The notes beneath the pieces were generated by a model, which had not been told where the DNA came from, ran no database searches, and was given only the letters and a program-made list of their open reading frames with translations. Shown piece by piece: positions 23,570 to 37,286 of a stretch of DNA of 64,000 nucleotides (position 1 is the first letter of the stretch; each line of letters begins with the position of its first letter). Position numbers and translations under genes: made by a program. Origin of the DNA: Octopus sinensis. Lineage: Eukaryota. The stretch is taken from contig NC_042997.1 of assembly GCF_006345805.1 (NCBI RefSeq), positions 112,282,001 through 112,346,000 of the forward strand, in the 5' to 3' direction.

Positions 23570-25304
23570 TAAGTTCTACAGTCCTGATTCTACTGAATCA
23601 ATGAATTATACCATTTGTTTGTTCATTTTATGTCCATTTTTCCATATTTGCAAAAATCTTTCTATCATAGATGCCTTTCCTGTTGACAACCTTCACTTGT
23701 TTTCAAGCAAGCAAATATTTCCCCATGGCTGGATGTGCTTTCTCAGCATATTGTAAATAAATGGCACTGCTTGTATGACAACAATGCTCATTTACAACTA
23801 TCACATGATGTTAAAACCAAGAGACACACACATACACACACTCTTTCTAAAACCCAAGAAAACAAATTCAACTCCAAATTTTTTTTCAACTAACTCACAG
23901 ATATATAAAAGGTATGCATTTTCTGTAAGAAATCATTGATGATGAATCCCTAAAAGGAATGAAAGCACTAAATAAACGACTTTTATCCAAATCTTGACCA
24001 TCTCCTTTTTCTTAATTTACACATACACACCTCGGGCATCTTTCAGTGTCTGTCTTTCAAATCCACTCAAGTAGAAGACACTTGCCCAAGGTGCCACACA
24101 GTAGGACTGAACCTGAAACCATGCAGTTGGAAAGTAAACTTCTTAACCACACAACCATATTTTACAGTTGATAAAGTGTTTTAAACTCAAGAAGTATTTC
24201 AAATTGTCAAATATTATATCTCACTGAATATTAATATCTTGCATTATCTCCTAATTAAATTTAAGTTTATGCCCAGGAGTAATTCTGTGATTGCTCGTTA
24301 AATAATGAAATCTATTTTATGCTGTTCAAATATTGGGAATTTGTGGAGCAAAAGGTCCCTGATTATGAAATTGCATGAAATATGGATTAATATGGCTCAC
24401 AGCAACATTGCTGAGAATGATACCATTTAACTAGAACTAAATAACTATAATCATTATTTTACATTCACTTTCCTGTGCTGGCATGGGTGGAATTGCACTA
24501 AGTTAATTTTTATATGGAGCTACTTCCCTTGCAGATGGATCACAAGCCATATGTTTAATTTTTGGCCTGATTTCTACCACTGGATGCCTTTTATGTTACC
24601 AACCACCTTACAGAGTGTTCTGGGAATAGTTGACTGTAGCACCAGTAGTAGAGAGGGTGCTTTGTCTCCAGTAAGTCTAAATCTCTCTCTCTGTGCTATC
24701 TTTGTTCTTCCATCAGTCTCTTTACTGAGTGTACTGGGTGCATTTTATCATGGCACCAGCACTAGAGAAGTTGTCTGGCATGTGGCAAGACCAAAGAGTC
24801 CTTTCCAACCTATGTTGTTTGTGTGCATTCTGTCCAGTATCAGAAAGTTGTTTCATCCCCAGCAGATGGAAGAGTGATGAAAGATGACTAGAGCAACTGG
24901 GTAATAGATAGAGAGAGAGAGAGTTATGGAAGAGAATCAGTGGTGATAGAGGAATAGTAATGGAGAGAATGAGAGAGATTATCAGCTATAAGGTGGTTGT
25001 TGATGAGGTAGTTGAATAGAAATAGCCCAAATGGTGTGAGGAGAGAAGAGACATATTATTAAAATATAAAAAGTATGGTGTATTTTTGATTAATTAAGGA
25101 AAAGGCAAAAGCTGGCACATCCACAAACCATGAGAGTCTCTACACAGTCTTTTAATCTGCTGGAAAGAGCAATGAAGTCCTCCTCAAACACACTCTACCC
25201 TCTTTAAAACTGAAGGACAAAAGATAAGATAGTCATGACAAGAATGTCATTGGTCATTAATCTACTCAATTAGGGCTGACCTGGTGTTAAACAACAACGA
25301 GACA

Positions 25305-25718
25305 TTCTTTTATTCATTTCATTCATTTGACTGCAGCCATGCTGGAGCACCACCTTTAGTCAAACAAATCAACCCCAGGACTTATTCTTTTTAAGCCTAG
25401 TACTTATTCTATTGGTCTCTTTTGCCGAACTGCTAAGTTACAGGGATGTAAACACACTAACATCAGTTGTCAAGTGATGCTGGGGGACAAACACAGACAC
25501 ACAAACATATGCATTCACACATGCACACACACACACACACACATATATATATAATGACAGGCTTCTTTCAGTTTCCGTCTACCAAATCCACTCACAAGGC
25601 TTTGGTTGGCCTGAGGCTATAGTAGAAGACACTGGCCCAAGGTGTCATGCAGTGGGACTGAACCCATAACCGTGTGGTTGGGAAGCAAGCTACTTACCAC
25701 ACAGCCACTCCTGCACCT
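25305..25718 (-). mobile_element. SINE type A, full length
   Basis: Complete reverse complement of the 17110 copy including A/B boxes and the (CA)n linker. Confidence 0.9.
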
Positions 25719-25784
25719 ATTTACATTTTTCAACAGTGGTGCCCCAGCATGACCACAGCTTTAAAGCTGAAAGAATTGAAAGAA

Positions 25785-26030
25785 TCATCATCATCGTTTA
25801 ATGTCCGCTTTCCATACTAGCATGGGTTGGACGGTTCAACTGGGGTCTGGGAAGCCAGAAGGCTGCACCATGCCCAGTCTGATCTGGCAGTGTTTCTACA
25901 GCTGGATGCCCTTCCTAACGCCAACCACTCCGTGAGTATAGTGGGTGCTTTTTACATGCTGCCGGCACAGGTGCCAGACGAGGCTGGCAACGGCCACGAT
26001 CGGATGGTGCTTTTTACGTGCCACCGGCAT
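25785..26030 (-). mobile_element. RTE LINE 3' end, low divergence
   Basis: Near-identical to 4575-4855 in reverse. Confidence 0.88.
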
Positions 26031-26116
26031 GGATATATATTCATATATGTTCATATTATTATTAATAATATATTCATTATTAACTTTTAAATAATCATAT
26101 ATCCTGCCACCAGTAA

Positions 26117-26425
26117 AGACATGTGGATTAGTGGTTAGGGTATTTGGCTCTCGATCATAAGATTATGAGTTCGATTCCTGGTGGCTCATTGTGTCCTTGA
26201 GCAAGACACTTTATTTCACATTGCTCCAGTCCACTCAACTGGCAAAAATGAGTTGTACTTGTAGTTCAAAAGGCCAGTTTCATCACATTCTGTGTCAAGC
26301 TGAATCTCCTTGAAAACTACATTAAGGGTACGCATGTCAACCACTTACCCATTAGTTTCACAAGTAAGCTCTTCCATTGATCGGATCAACTGGGACCCTC
26401 CTCACCATAACCAACAGAGTGCCAG
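26117..26425 (+). mobile_element. tRNA-derived SINE type E
   Basis: TGGATTAGTGGTTAGG A box, GAGTTCGATTCC B box, GTGTCCTTGAGCAAGACACT; same family as 32260 and 32487. Confidence 0.85.
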
Positions 26426-26977
26426 TTATTGTTATTCTGCCACCAATCATAGCAATTGTACTGTAGAAATGCTTACTATATTTCTGCCAGTATGAACCTA
26501 CACATATAGCCATCACTAGTTGTGATGTCAGTGCTTTTGTATTTGGAGTAGAGACCCTTAAACGGAGACCAAGAGCTCAATTACATACTGACACACAGTC
26601 GCATGCAGGATTGGGTAGATTCAAGTTGCTCTTAGATGTTTCTAAATGGGTGTATTAAAGAAGAAGCAGATTGCAGGTGGAGGATGAATAGAGGGTGCAA
26701 GCTGGAGCAATCTATCAGTGAACATGGAGTACAGTAGGACTTCTGTATCTACATATTTGACAAATTCTTTGAAAATATAAGATCTTGTGTTTGTGTGTAG
26801 CAATGGAAGTTTGGGTTTAGGGGTGTCCCACCAAAAATAAAACATCTGTAATTGCCTGTTGGAAACAAAAGTACAGAGTATAAGGAAAGAATAATGGAGC
26901 TAAAACAAGGATTTGTTGAAATTAGCTCTATTCAGCCCCTCTTCATTTGTCTGGAATGATTTTTTGGAGTAAATTTT

Positions 26978-27017
<40 letters not shown>

Positions 27018-28521
27018 TGAGAGGGAGAAAAAGCAAGAGGAAATTAGCATTTAATTTCTCTTGCTCTGCTAAAGTTTAAATGTATGTATGTATTTATTTT
27101 ACAAATCAACTTAGTAACACTAATGTAGATTATACTTTTAAGTCTAATTATACACAATTCTCTTTAAGAGGATTATTGAAATAACATTTCTATCATTAAT
27201 AGCGTACATAATTGGTAGGTGTTTAATTACGAAAATAAAGACCATATACATAGGTATGCTATTTGTAGACAAACAACCATTATTGGCCGACAACTATATC
27301 AATGTAAAAGTGTAGGTCAGAGATAGTTGTGTTAGTCCATTTACTGTGAGTATTTTTCTCAAGTAGCTGAAGTATATGATAATGAGGCTTTAATTAATTA
27401 AGTTTAATGCAAGTGAAACAAACCCTGTGATATTTTGATGTAATTAGCAATTTTATAAAATACTAGAGTTCATTGTTTTAATAATGTAGATCTGTAATGA
27501 AAATAACCTTAATAAACAGACTTGTGGCCTGGAGGTCAAACTTATTGCACTACATATATGTGTGTGTGTGTGTGTGTATCATCAGAACTATCGTCATAAT
27601 TTTAACGTGTACTTTTCCATGCTTCCATGGATCAGTGTTTTGCAAAATAGATTTTCTATGGTCAGATGCCCTTCCCATTACCAAAACCTCATCCGTTTCC
27701 AAACAAGGTAATATCTCCTCATGACCAGACCAGAATTCACAGAATATCTGAAATGAACGACACTGCTTGTAAGACAGTGGCACTCATTTACAACTATCAC
27801 TGGAGATACAAACATACTCGCTTATGCTCACTCACGCACATGCGCACAAACACATACAGTGTGTGTGTTTAGTACTAACTGTTGGGGAAAAAAGTGTACA
27901 TGATACCATAGTAGGGATTCATAATTTATTTTATTTTGTTAAAGTCAGTTTTCTTGCTAGTCTGAGTTTTACCTGTGAATGTACAGGCTCTTCAGGCAAG
28001 TTATGACTGAAGATCAGTCATAACTTGCCACAAGATTCTGAAGCTCAAAGTAGCAAGAGACTAACTCAGCCAAATTAAAATATATTATATGTACACATAC
28101 ACACAACAGGCTTCTTTCAGTTTTTGTCTACCAAATCCACTCGCAAGGCTTTGGCTGATGTTGTTCATTTCAGTTTTTCTGTGGAAAACCTGGCTGGCCA
28201 TGGAGAAGTATTACTTTGCTTGGAATAGGCAAGGTTGGTGATAGGAATGGTATCCAGCTATAAACAAAGCTACCACAACAAATTCTATCTGACTAATGCC
28301 AGCATGAAAGAGTAAACTTCAAATGAGGATGAGGATGATGATGGTGAACAGTTTATCAAACTCTTTTAAGAAATATATATGGTTTATCAGAAACATTATG
28401 TATAAAGGTGTAACATTAAATATTAAAAGCTTGCTGAAAATTTTTTAGCAATTTCAAATGTAAAATATTTAAGCACTTTCAGAAGTAAAAAAAACAACAA
28501 AATCAATAAATCTTGGTAGTT

Positions 28522-28938
28522 GTCATCATCATCATTGATTTAATGTTCACTTTGCTATGTTTGCATGGATCAGGCAGGATTCATTGAGACAGATTTCTGA
28601 GTTCCTTTCCTGTCACCAACCTTCACAACCTAAGCAAGGTAGTATTTTACCATGACTTGATATGTTTGCATGAAAGATTGGAAGCAGAGACACTGCTTGT
28701 GTGGTGGTGACACTCGTTTACAGCTGTTGTGTGACATAAAGATAGGAAGACACAATTTCTTGCCCATACACCTACTCACACACTGGCTTCTTTCAGTTTT
28801 TGTCTGTCAGATTTCAAATCCACTCGAGAGGCTTTGATCAGCCTAAGGCCATAAGAGATGGTTGCCCAAAGTGCAATGCAGTGGGACTGAACTCCAAGAC
28901 ATGTGGTTGAGAAGCAAGCTTCTGAATCACACAGCCTC
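28522..28938 (-). mobile_element. SINE type D (type A head + RTE-like tail)
   Basis: Type A head motifs at 28790-28938 joined to the (GAT)n-ending tail. Confidence 0.75.
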
Positions 28939-31468
28939 AAAACCGTACATCAACGAAGCTCATTACTTTCAGCTAAACTCCCACAGCAATAATTGAAGAC
29001 TATAAAACACCCATGGGAACAGCCATATGTAGATTAAGTGGCTTTTATTATGTTGTTGGGAAATACTTTAACCTACAAAACATTATCTAAAATAAAGCAT
29101 GTTGAAATATTCTGAAATGTTGTGATTTCACCCCAGTCTAACAGTAATAAAATATTAATTAATTCAATACTGTTGAGACAAGGCAATCAGTAAAAATAAT
29201 TGCTATCAGTGTTTCAGTTTGTCCAAGTATACCGATATAGCTTTACAATCCAACTGAGTTAACGTGAAAAGACTGTAGAATATATTGCAAATAAATTCAG
29301 CTATGAGATTCAATCAATAGAAAAGGTGAAGATAATGACAGTATAATAGCTAAATTACCACTGAAAGGAAATGCTGCTTTTACTGATCCTAGACGCTTGC
29401 TGCTGTAGACAACTAAATAGATTTTTTTATGCTATGAATAAACTAGTGTATCCATGTGAATATAAAGCAAACAAATGCCTAAAATGTAGACATATTGGAT
29501 ACTAACATGGATATACGTAGGCATTGTGCTATTTCTCTAAAGTTTTCTGATCATCCTGATTATCAAGCGAGAACTAGTGTTACTTGAATTATGAGTGGTA
29601 ACTTTGCAAGTATACTTTTGTCACCATGGGTAATATCATGAAATATGGCATGCAAAAGATAATTTAACTTTTAATAAATTTCTTGGTGCTTATAGCAAAA
29701 TGATGAAATCATCATCATTTAATGTCTGTGTTCCATGCTAGCATGGGTGGAACAGTACCACAAGAACCCCAGCTTGTGACTGTTTTGGCAGGATTTTTAC
29801 AGCTGGATGCCCTTCCTAACACCAACCACTCAGCAAAGTGGACTAGATGGTTGACAATCCTGTATCTGCATGTGAAGTGTTACAAATGAGACATGCACCT
29901 CTTGGTTCATATGCCACTTGTGTCTATGGTTCCAATTCCTCTCTCAGTAATCTCACATATACACAGTCACAGTGGTTTATTTACCTTTCACAATGAAGTA
30001 AAATTTTGGCAATATGGCTGTCAAGTTTCAGTTCTTTTAAAAGTTGTTTTGACTTGAACTTCCAGAACTTCAATGTTCCATCTGCTCCGGCTGTGACAGT
30101 GATTTGGTTATTGGCATTGACAGCAATGCCAATGAATAATAATTTTCAAAAGAAAAAATATTTATTACGTTAAAATTAAACAAAATAACTTTCTCATTTA
30201 TTTATTTGCAATAGAATTGTTAGTGCATCAGACAAAATGCTTAGTACTATTTCCTTCAGATTTTTACATTCTGAGTTCAAACCCCATAGAGGTCAACTTT
30301 GCTTTTCAGTCTTTCAGGGTCATTAAAATGATGCCTTGTATCGAAGATTGGAACAGTTGTTTTTCTAAATTTTATCAACAATTTATCAAAAATTCATCTC
30401 TACAAAATTTGAAGTTCTTCCATAATCACTCTGTCATTTACTTCTCCTTCTCAATCTTTGTGATTCTTTTCTATCTTCCACTGTGTGGCTGTGGCATTGC
30501 TTTACTCATTGTCTACCAGCAAGCTTACGCGCACTCATTCTACACCTGTTACTTTCACTCTCTATATATCTCTTTTACTTTCTTTCCTTCTCTCAATATG
30601 ATATAATACATGGCTGAATAAATCTGCCAACCATCATATGTACCAGCTATTATTAAATAGTAATATAACTTGAAGACAATCAAGTAATTTATGCATTTGT
30701 GTACTTTACAAGAATGAACCAGTTTCAGTTTTAAAATTAGACAGATAGCTAACACTTTATTCTGGACTTGTCAGTGATATGTAGTAACTTGGCAGTGTTG
30801 TCAGAGCATTGGATAGACTGTACTGAGACTTGCAGTTGTGAGTTCAAATTGCACTGAGATCAACTTTGCAATTTAATGTTTCAGGATGAATTTTAGAAAA
30901 AAGTAGTATTCTAGGCTGGTGGCTTCCCAGAGCTGTAACAACATCAGACTGAATGCCTTGTGGTATTCATTCCTGCTGTTTGCATTCTGAGTTTAAATCC
31001 CTCCATGGCCTACTTGGGTGGTAGACTTAATCCGTTGCCCAGTTTAACCATACTACCTGACATCTTGGGTGCCTTTGGAGGAGGAGTCCATTCCATTGCA
31101 GGCCTTCAGACCAAGTCTCTGGTTAAAGAGTATCTTTCTTACTCATTGCCTCCTGTAACAACTCATGGACCCTGTTCTTTTGTCCTCACTAAGCAATCAC
31201 TTCCAGACCTCTAAAAACTTGCTCCCTCTTAATTAAACAACTGTTGAGTACAAAGCACAAGCTATGTGAAATTTATGCTTTGCTTCCTTCATTCTGAATA
31301 TGTTGCTTCTGGGGGATCATTTTAGTTGATTGTATATATACATGGAAGTTGGTCCCACTTGGATTTACTGCAATGTAATAACGCATTGGTGTTTAACAAC
31401 CTATTATTAATCAAATCCTTAATTACCATTGGTTTATCTTTTAATGTTTACACATTGGTTCTCTATAT

Positions 31469-31962
31469 TAGGGGTTGGCAAAGCAGTCAGTTTAATCCCT
31501 GGGAAGGTGTCTAGTCTAGGGGCTAATGAACACATGAACTGATTTTGAGTGTTAAGGGTTCTAAATTAGTAGTTAACCGAATCTAGAAGACTGCTGCAAT
31601 TTAAGGCTTAAACTAATTTCCAGCAAAATATCAGTGCGATAACTAGTGTTCATCAAACAAATAATTCATAATAAATATTCCAACAATATCAATATGACTG
31701 AATTTTTATTGGTCTTTATCAATTTCATTAAGCATTTTAATTAAATTTCTTTAAATATCTCTTATTAATAAGCTGTAATGACAGAAAGAAAAAAATAACA
31801 AAACCAAAAAAAAAACAAAAAGGAATTATTGTTTTAAAATCAAGAATTTTTTTTGTTAATTATACTTTTTAATTTTATTTTAGAAATTTACATGATGAGG
31901 ATCAATAAGTTATCAATGATTACATGAAGGGGTCAATGATGTAAGAAGTTTGCTGACCCCTG
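31469..31962. mobile_element. hAT-Charlie-like non-autonomous element
   Basis: TIRs TAGGGGTTGGCAAA / TTTGCTGACCCCTG; 8-bp TSD CTCTATAT / CTCTAGAT (7 of 8). Confidence 0.75.
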
Positions 31963-32259
31963 CTCTAGATGGTTACATATTTGACTCAATCCTTGAAACA
32001 ATGCAGTTCTTTTCTAAATTTTTAACCAATAGCCGATGTTGTACTTTGGTAATTTAATAACATCCAAAGGTAAATCATTTTAAGCTCTAGAGTTCTTTTT
32101 ATTGTTGTAATTCATAATTTGTAGCTCTCAGTTTCCACCTGTTTGAGTATTTCATGTTTCAGAAGGTGTTGAATTAACAAAGTTGTTTTATCTAGATTTT
32201 ATACTGATAGGTGACCTGTTCTCCAACAGGCTCATACACATGTACATAGGGTTCTTGTG

Positions 32260-32453
32260 AGGACATATGGCTTAATGGTTAGGGTATTCAGCTCGCGAAT
32301 GTAAGGTCATGTGTTTGATTCCTGGTGGCATGTTGTGTCCTTCAGCAAGAGTCTTTATTTCACATTGCTGTAGTTCACTCTGCTGGCAAAAATGAGTTTG
32401 TACCTGTATTTCGAAGGGCCAACCTTGTCACATTCTGTGCCATGCTAAATTCT

Positions 32454-32488
<35 letters not shown>

Positions 32489-32798
32489 GCATGCTGCGTA
32501 ATGGTTAGGGTTTTCAGCTCACAAACGTAAGGTCATGTGTTAGATTCCTGGTGGCATGTTGTATCCTTCAGCAAGAGTCTTTATTTCACATTCACATTGC
32601 TACAGTCCACTCAGCTGGCAAAAATTAATAGTACCTGTAATTCAAAGGGTCAGTCTTGTCACATTCTGTGTCATATTGAATCATTAAGGGTGTGCATGTC
32701 TGTGGAGTGCTCAACCACTTGCACAGTAATTTCACGAGCAGGCTGTTCCGCTGATTGGATCAGCTGGAACCTTCATCGTTGTAACTGCTGGGGTGCCA
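32260..32798 (+). mobile_element. Two tandem SINE type E copies separated by (TA)n
   Basis: Heads at ~32260 and ~32487 share AATGGTTAGGG...CAGCTC...GTAAGGTCATGTG...GATTCCTGGTGGCATGTTG. Confidence 0.85.
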
Positions 32799-33653
32799 TC
32801 AACAGTAGGGGCAGTGGTAGTTCTATTGAATTGCCTGCTCTTGAGTTAATGAGTAAGTGACTGAGTATTCCACAGATACATGTACTCTTAACATAATTCT
32901 CAGGCAGAGTCAGTATCATGCAAAGCTGTAATCTTTCAAATTATAGGACAACCCATCTTATGAGCTTCCATACAGTTTCTATCAACCCAGTTTTACTTGC
33001 AATGTATGCATCAATCTGAGGCTATAGGAAAGATTTTTGTCCAAGATGCTATGCAATGAAATTGATCCTGTTTCCCCATGATTACAAAGCAACCTTATTA
33101 AACATTCAACCATTTTGTACCTATTACAAAGTTATTAATTTGCAAGTAAAACAAAACTTAGTAATTAATTATAAAATACAACAAAAATAAGTAGTTGTTG
33201 TTTTGGCCCTGTTATATTCATAACTAGGTGAACATTCTTATTGTACTTTTACGATTGTGTGTTGCAATTATGGTAGAACGATGGTTCTATATGTTCCATC
33301 ATCTACCATTTCTAAAGTTGTGCTCTCATCGTTACTGTACAAGTTGTTGTTGTATTTGGTTAAGAGTTATGTTGAGTCTCAGATTCAGGAGCTTGAAATA
33401 AATGACTTGTTGACACTGTATCGTTCCCCATCAATATTTCAAATTGAATTTGATGAAGTAGCACAAGACTACTCCAGTCACCAGCACCTTTCCAATTAAT
33501 GGATCTATTTTTGGTAGCCAAACATGTTTTTTTAAGATATATTGATTTCCAGAATCAGGAAGTGATTTTGTCAATGTCAGAAATTAAGATAAAAATCATC
33601 TGGACTTTCCAGTATAGAATGATGTGCCAAGTTAATTACTATACTGTGTTTAA

Positions 33654-33872
33654 CCCTTTTGTTACCATATTTCTGTGGAAATACACTGCAGTTGTTTCAG
33701 CTAATTTTGAAAATAATGAAGAATTTAGACTAACTTTGTCATTATGAAGCTGGTGTATGGAATATAAATAAACTTGAAATTTTGATGGAAGATTTAAATT
33801 TAGATCACTTTAAAGCAGGCAGTGTGTGCTAGAAGAACCAGGGTGGTCCCAGGTGGATTGGTATCAAAAAAG
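33654..33872. mobile_element. piggyBac-type MITE (TTAA-flanked)
   Basis: TTAA-CCCTTTTGTTACCA ... TGGTATCAAAAAAG-TTAA. Confidence 0.8.
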
Positions 33873-34031
33873 TTAAAACTCCAAAAAGTAAAGTTCTGAT
33901 ATTTAGTAAAAGACGTGGGAGTTTTTCGTGCCATTGTTTTATGTTTGTTTGTATAGGAGATAACTGAGTAGTTTTACCATATCATTCATTTTGGTCATTT
34001 GATGAAGAATAGTAAGATGTGAAAATTTTCC

Positions 34032-34540
34032 ATCATCATCATAGTCATCGTTTAATATCCACTTTCCATGCTGGCACAATTGGATGGTTTGACTGAGGGC
34101 TGGCAAGTCAGAAGGCTGAACCAGGCTCCAATCCGATCTGGCAATGTTTCTACAGCTGGATGCCCTTCCTAATGCCAACCACTCTAAGAGTGTAGTGAGT
34201 GCTTTATACGTGCCACTGATATGAGGGCCAGTCAGGCGGTACTGGCATTGGCCATGCTTGATTGGTGCTTTTTACATGCCACCGGCATGGGAGCTAGTCA
34301 GGCAGCACTGGTAACAACCACGCTCAAATGGTGCTTTTTATCACCAGCACGTGCCATGTAAAAAGCACTTGTGCTGGTGCCATATAAAAAGCACCCAGTA
34401 TACTCTGTAAAGTGGTTGGCATTAGGAAGGGTGTCCAGCTGTAGAAACCATGCCAAAACAGACAAATGCAATTTGGTGTAGCTCTCCAGCTTGCCAAATT
34501 CTGTCCAACATGGAAAGCAGATGCTAGATGATGGTGGTGA
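34032..34540. mobile_element. Two RTE 3' ends joined head-to-head (minus 34032-34350, plus 34350-34540)
   Basis: TTCTACAGCTGGATGCCCTTCCTAATGCCAACCAC (~34150) and its reverse complement (~34411-34447). Confidence 0.8.
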
Positions 34541-35058
34541 TCATTATAATCATGACCATGGTCAAGATCATCATTATCATTTTACCATCTACTTTCCCAT
34601 GTTGTCATGGGTTTAGACAAGAGTATATTGAGACAGGTTTTTCTACATCTCGATGTCCTTCCTGTTGCCAATGCCCCTCTTATTTCCAGGTGAGGTGGTA
34701 ATCTCTTTGTTCATGGAACACCTACCATCCTTTTCATATTTTATGAGGGGAACTGGAAACAAACAACACTGTTTTTTATGAAGTCTGTTGTTTACATATC
34801 AAAACATGCCATGGAGCTTGTATATCCTTTTTTCATGACGGACTGCAAGCCATTGTTCACAAACCAGTGAACATGAGGGAAACTCAAAACATATATGGAC
34901 ACACACACAAGCAGTTATGATAAGCACTAGTTTGTACCGGTTGTTCTAAATATATATATATATATATATCACGTGACCGACCAGACCATCAGATGTTGTT
35001 ACACATCGCTGGTCACAATGCGTTCGCATTGTTTTAGCCTTTGAATGACGCCACCCCG

Positions 35059-35100
<42 letters not shown>

Positions 35101-35252
35101 ATAATAATAAATAATTTAGACTAATAGGTTTAAATTGATTAGTGTGTTTAAATATAGAATAGAGCACCGGCTCAGTTGAGGCTACTTGTCATCTGCAGTC
35201 ATGGTACACTTCCTTTGGATCTACTTCAAAACCTCTGCAGTGTCAGTTAGGG

Positions 35253-35579
35253 TAATTTATTAAATAGCAGGAGATGGATTGGTAATAAACTTTAATGCGT
35301 ACAACATACATTTTGACCCATCCTGCTATTGTCCTTTATGTGTGGGGCTCCATTCAATGTTATGTTGCATGGATTTTGCAGTCTGGGTCTCATCAGGTAC
35401 ATCGATGAAGTAATAAAAAGGGAAATAACACTCAAGATCTGTACTGAGACAAAACTTCATCGATGAGGCCCAGACTGCAAAATCCATGCAGCATAACATG
35501 TTGAATGGAGTCCCACACATAAAGGACAATAGCATAATAAAGTTTATTACCAATCCATCTCTGGTTATTTAATGAATTA
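35253..35579. mobile_element. Fold-back element (arms 35253-35411 and 35454-35579), Penelope-pLTR-like
   Basis: Long inverted repeat visible directly; minus-strand CTGATGAG at the inner end and AATAAA toward the outer ends. Confidence 0.7.
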
Positions 35580-36039
35580 TATATATATATGTTGTGTGCG
35601 CATGTTATTGTCTCCTGGACTTAACAATGTGTAGTTGTTGTAAACAAGGGTCACCATCATGCATGTGGTGTCCTTTATTGACCATCTTCCATGGAAACAT
35701 GTCTGGTCATGGGGAAATATTACCCTGTTTGGAGACAGGTTAAGGTTGGGAACAGAAAGGGCTTAGAAAATCTGCCTCAATAAATTCTATCTGACCTATG
35801 CAAGTACAGAAAAGTGGATGTTTAAACGACGATAGTTATGATTCTTTATTTATATTTAAATTTCTCTCATGGATACCATGGGGTTATGCATTTCCCATAA
35901 AGTTTCTTAAAAGTGACTTTTATTAAATGTAAACAAAACCATTCTTAAGACCAAGGAACCACCAAACATGAAAGATTCAACCTTTGTACTGTTGCCCATA
36001 TATTTTTGCTTTTATATTCTCAAGGATGTGTGTTCATGC

Positions 36040-36074
<35 letters not shown>

Positions 36075-36230
36075 TACTCCCGGAGTGGTTGGTGTTAGGA
36101 AGGGCATCCAGCTGTAGAAACACTGCCAGTTCAGACTGGAGCCTGGTGCAGCCTCCTGGCTTCCCAGACCCCAGTCGAACTGTCTAAACCATGCCAGCAT
36201 GGAAAACAGACGTTAAACGATGATAATGAT
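36075..36230 (+). mobile_element. RTE LINE 3' end inserted at (CA)n
   Basis: GGAAGGGCATCCAGCTGTAGAAAC...GACGTTAAACGATGAT. Confidence 0.85.
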
Positions 36231-36275
36231 TCACACACACATAAATTTGTTTAAAAGGAAAACAAACAACATGGC

Positions 36276-36371
36276 AAGACATCTCAAGTCATATATGTTA
36301 TTATTAAAAATTATTAAAGCAATTGCTTAATAATTTTTAATAACAACAACATATATGACTTGAGTTGTCTT
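36276..36371. repeat. Spacer-less ~96-bp imperfect palindrome
   Basis: Centre AAGCAA|TTGCTT at 36322/36323; arms CTCAAGTCATATATGTT...AACATATATGACTTGAG. Confidence 0.85.
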
Positions 36372-36537
36372 TAACAAGTTTATATCTGCTGCATCGGAAA
36401 TCTGCAATAGTTCCATAACTCCTGTCTTGGTTATGAGCTTGGAACCCTGATAATCTGCTACAGCACTTACCCAGCATACTCCTTTCCGTTAGATCACCTG
36501 TGAACTAAACACCTATATTTTGTGTGTATATATATAT

Positions 36538-36585
<48 letters not shown>

Positions 36586-36662
36586 CATCCATACATACAC
36601 ACACACATTCTCACATACATATGTTTACATACATACACACATATACATACCTGTATTACATT

Positions 36663-36694
<32 letters not shown>

Positions 36695-37286
36695 AATATG
36701 GTACTCCAGCATGGCCACAGTCAAATGACTGAAAAGATACCATTAATATTTACCTAACTTCACTTGCAGCTGGATGCAGTAGATAAATTCATGCAAGTTT
36801 TTTTCTGCTGCACCGTATACTTGGCAACATGCAATTTTGTATAATAACTAATTTAATTCCAAATGATGTTGGTGTTGACTTTGATTCTTAATACCGTTAA
36901 GTCAATAAAAATAAATATCTTTAATACATTAGGTTTGATTCAGTGAGCTGTACTAAAATGTTGCTAAAGTTTAAAATGCTTTTCTGTCCAACAAAAAGAA
37001 ATCTGGAGTAAAGATTGTTTCCCAACATAACATGGCAGTCCTTGTTTAGGACGAATGTTGCTGTAATTTAGTCCCAGGAAACATTGTCTCCATCTGGCTA
37101 TATGACACAATCTGTGTCCTTACATTTTTGAACAAGGGAATCTAGCACCTCCACTCAGCTTGAAACAATATATAGTTTTCAAAGTGACAACTAGTCACTG
37201 ATCTATAAATTAGAAAATTACTATTTTTATATCTCACAACGTGAGATATTCAGCAACAGTACTTTGTAGTAAAGATTGTTTGCCAT

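Noticed and set aside
23935-23976. Other partial CTGATGA/TTGATGA-like strings (also ~2945-3020, 37966, 52913)
   Set aside because: Lack a credible stem II plus GAAA plus stem I; could be chance or too decayed to call.
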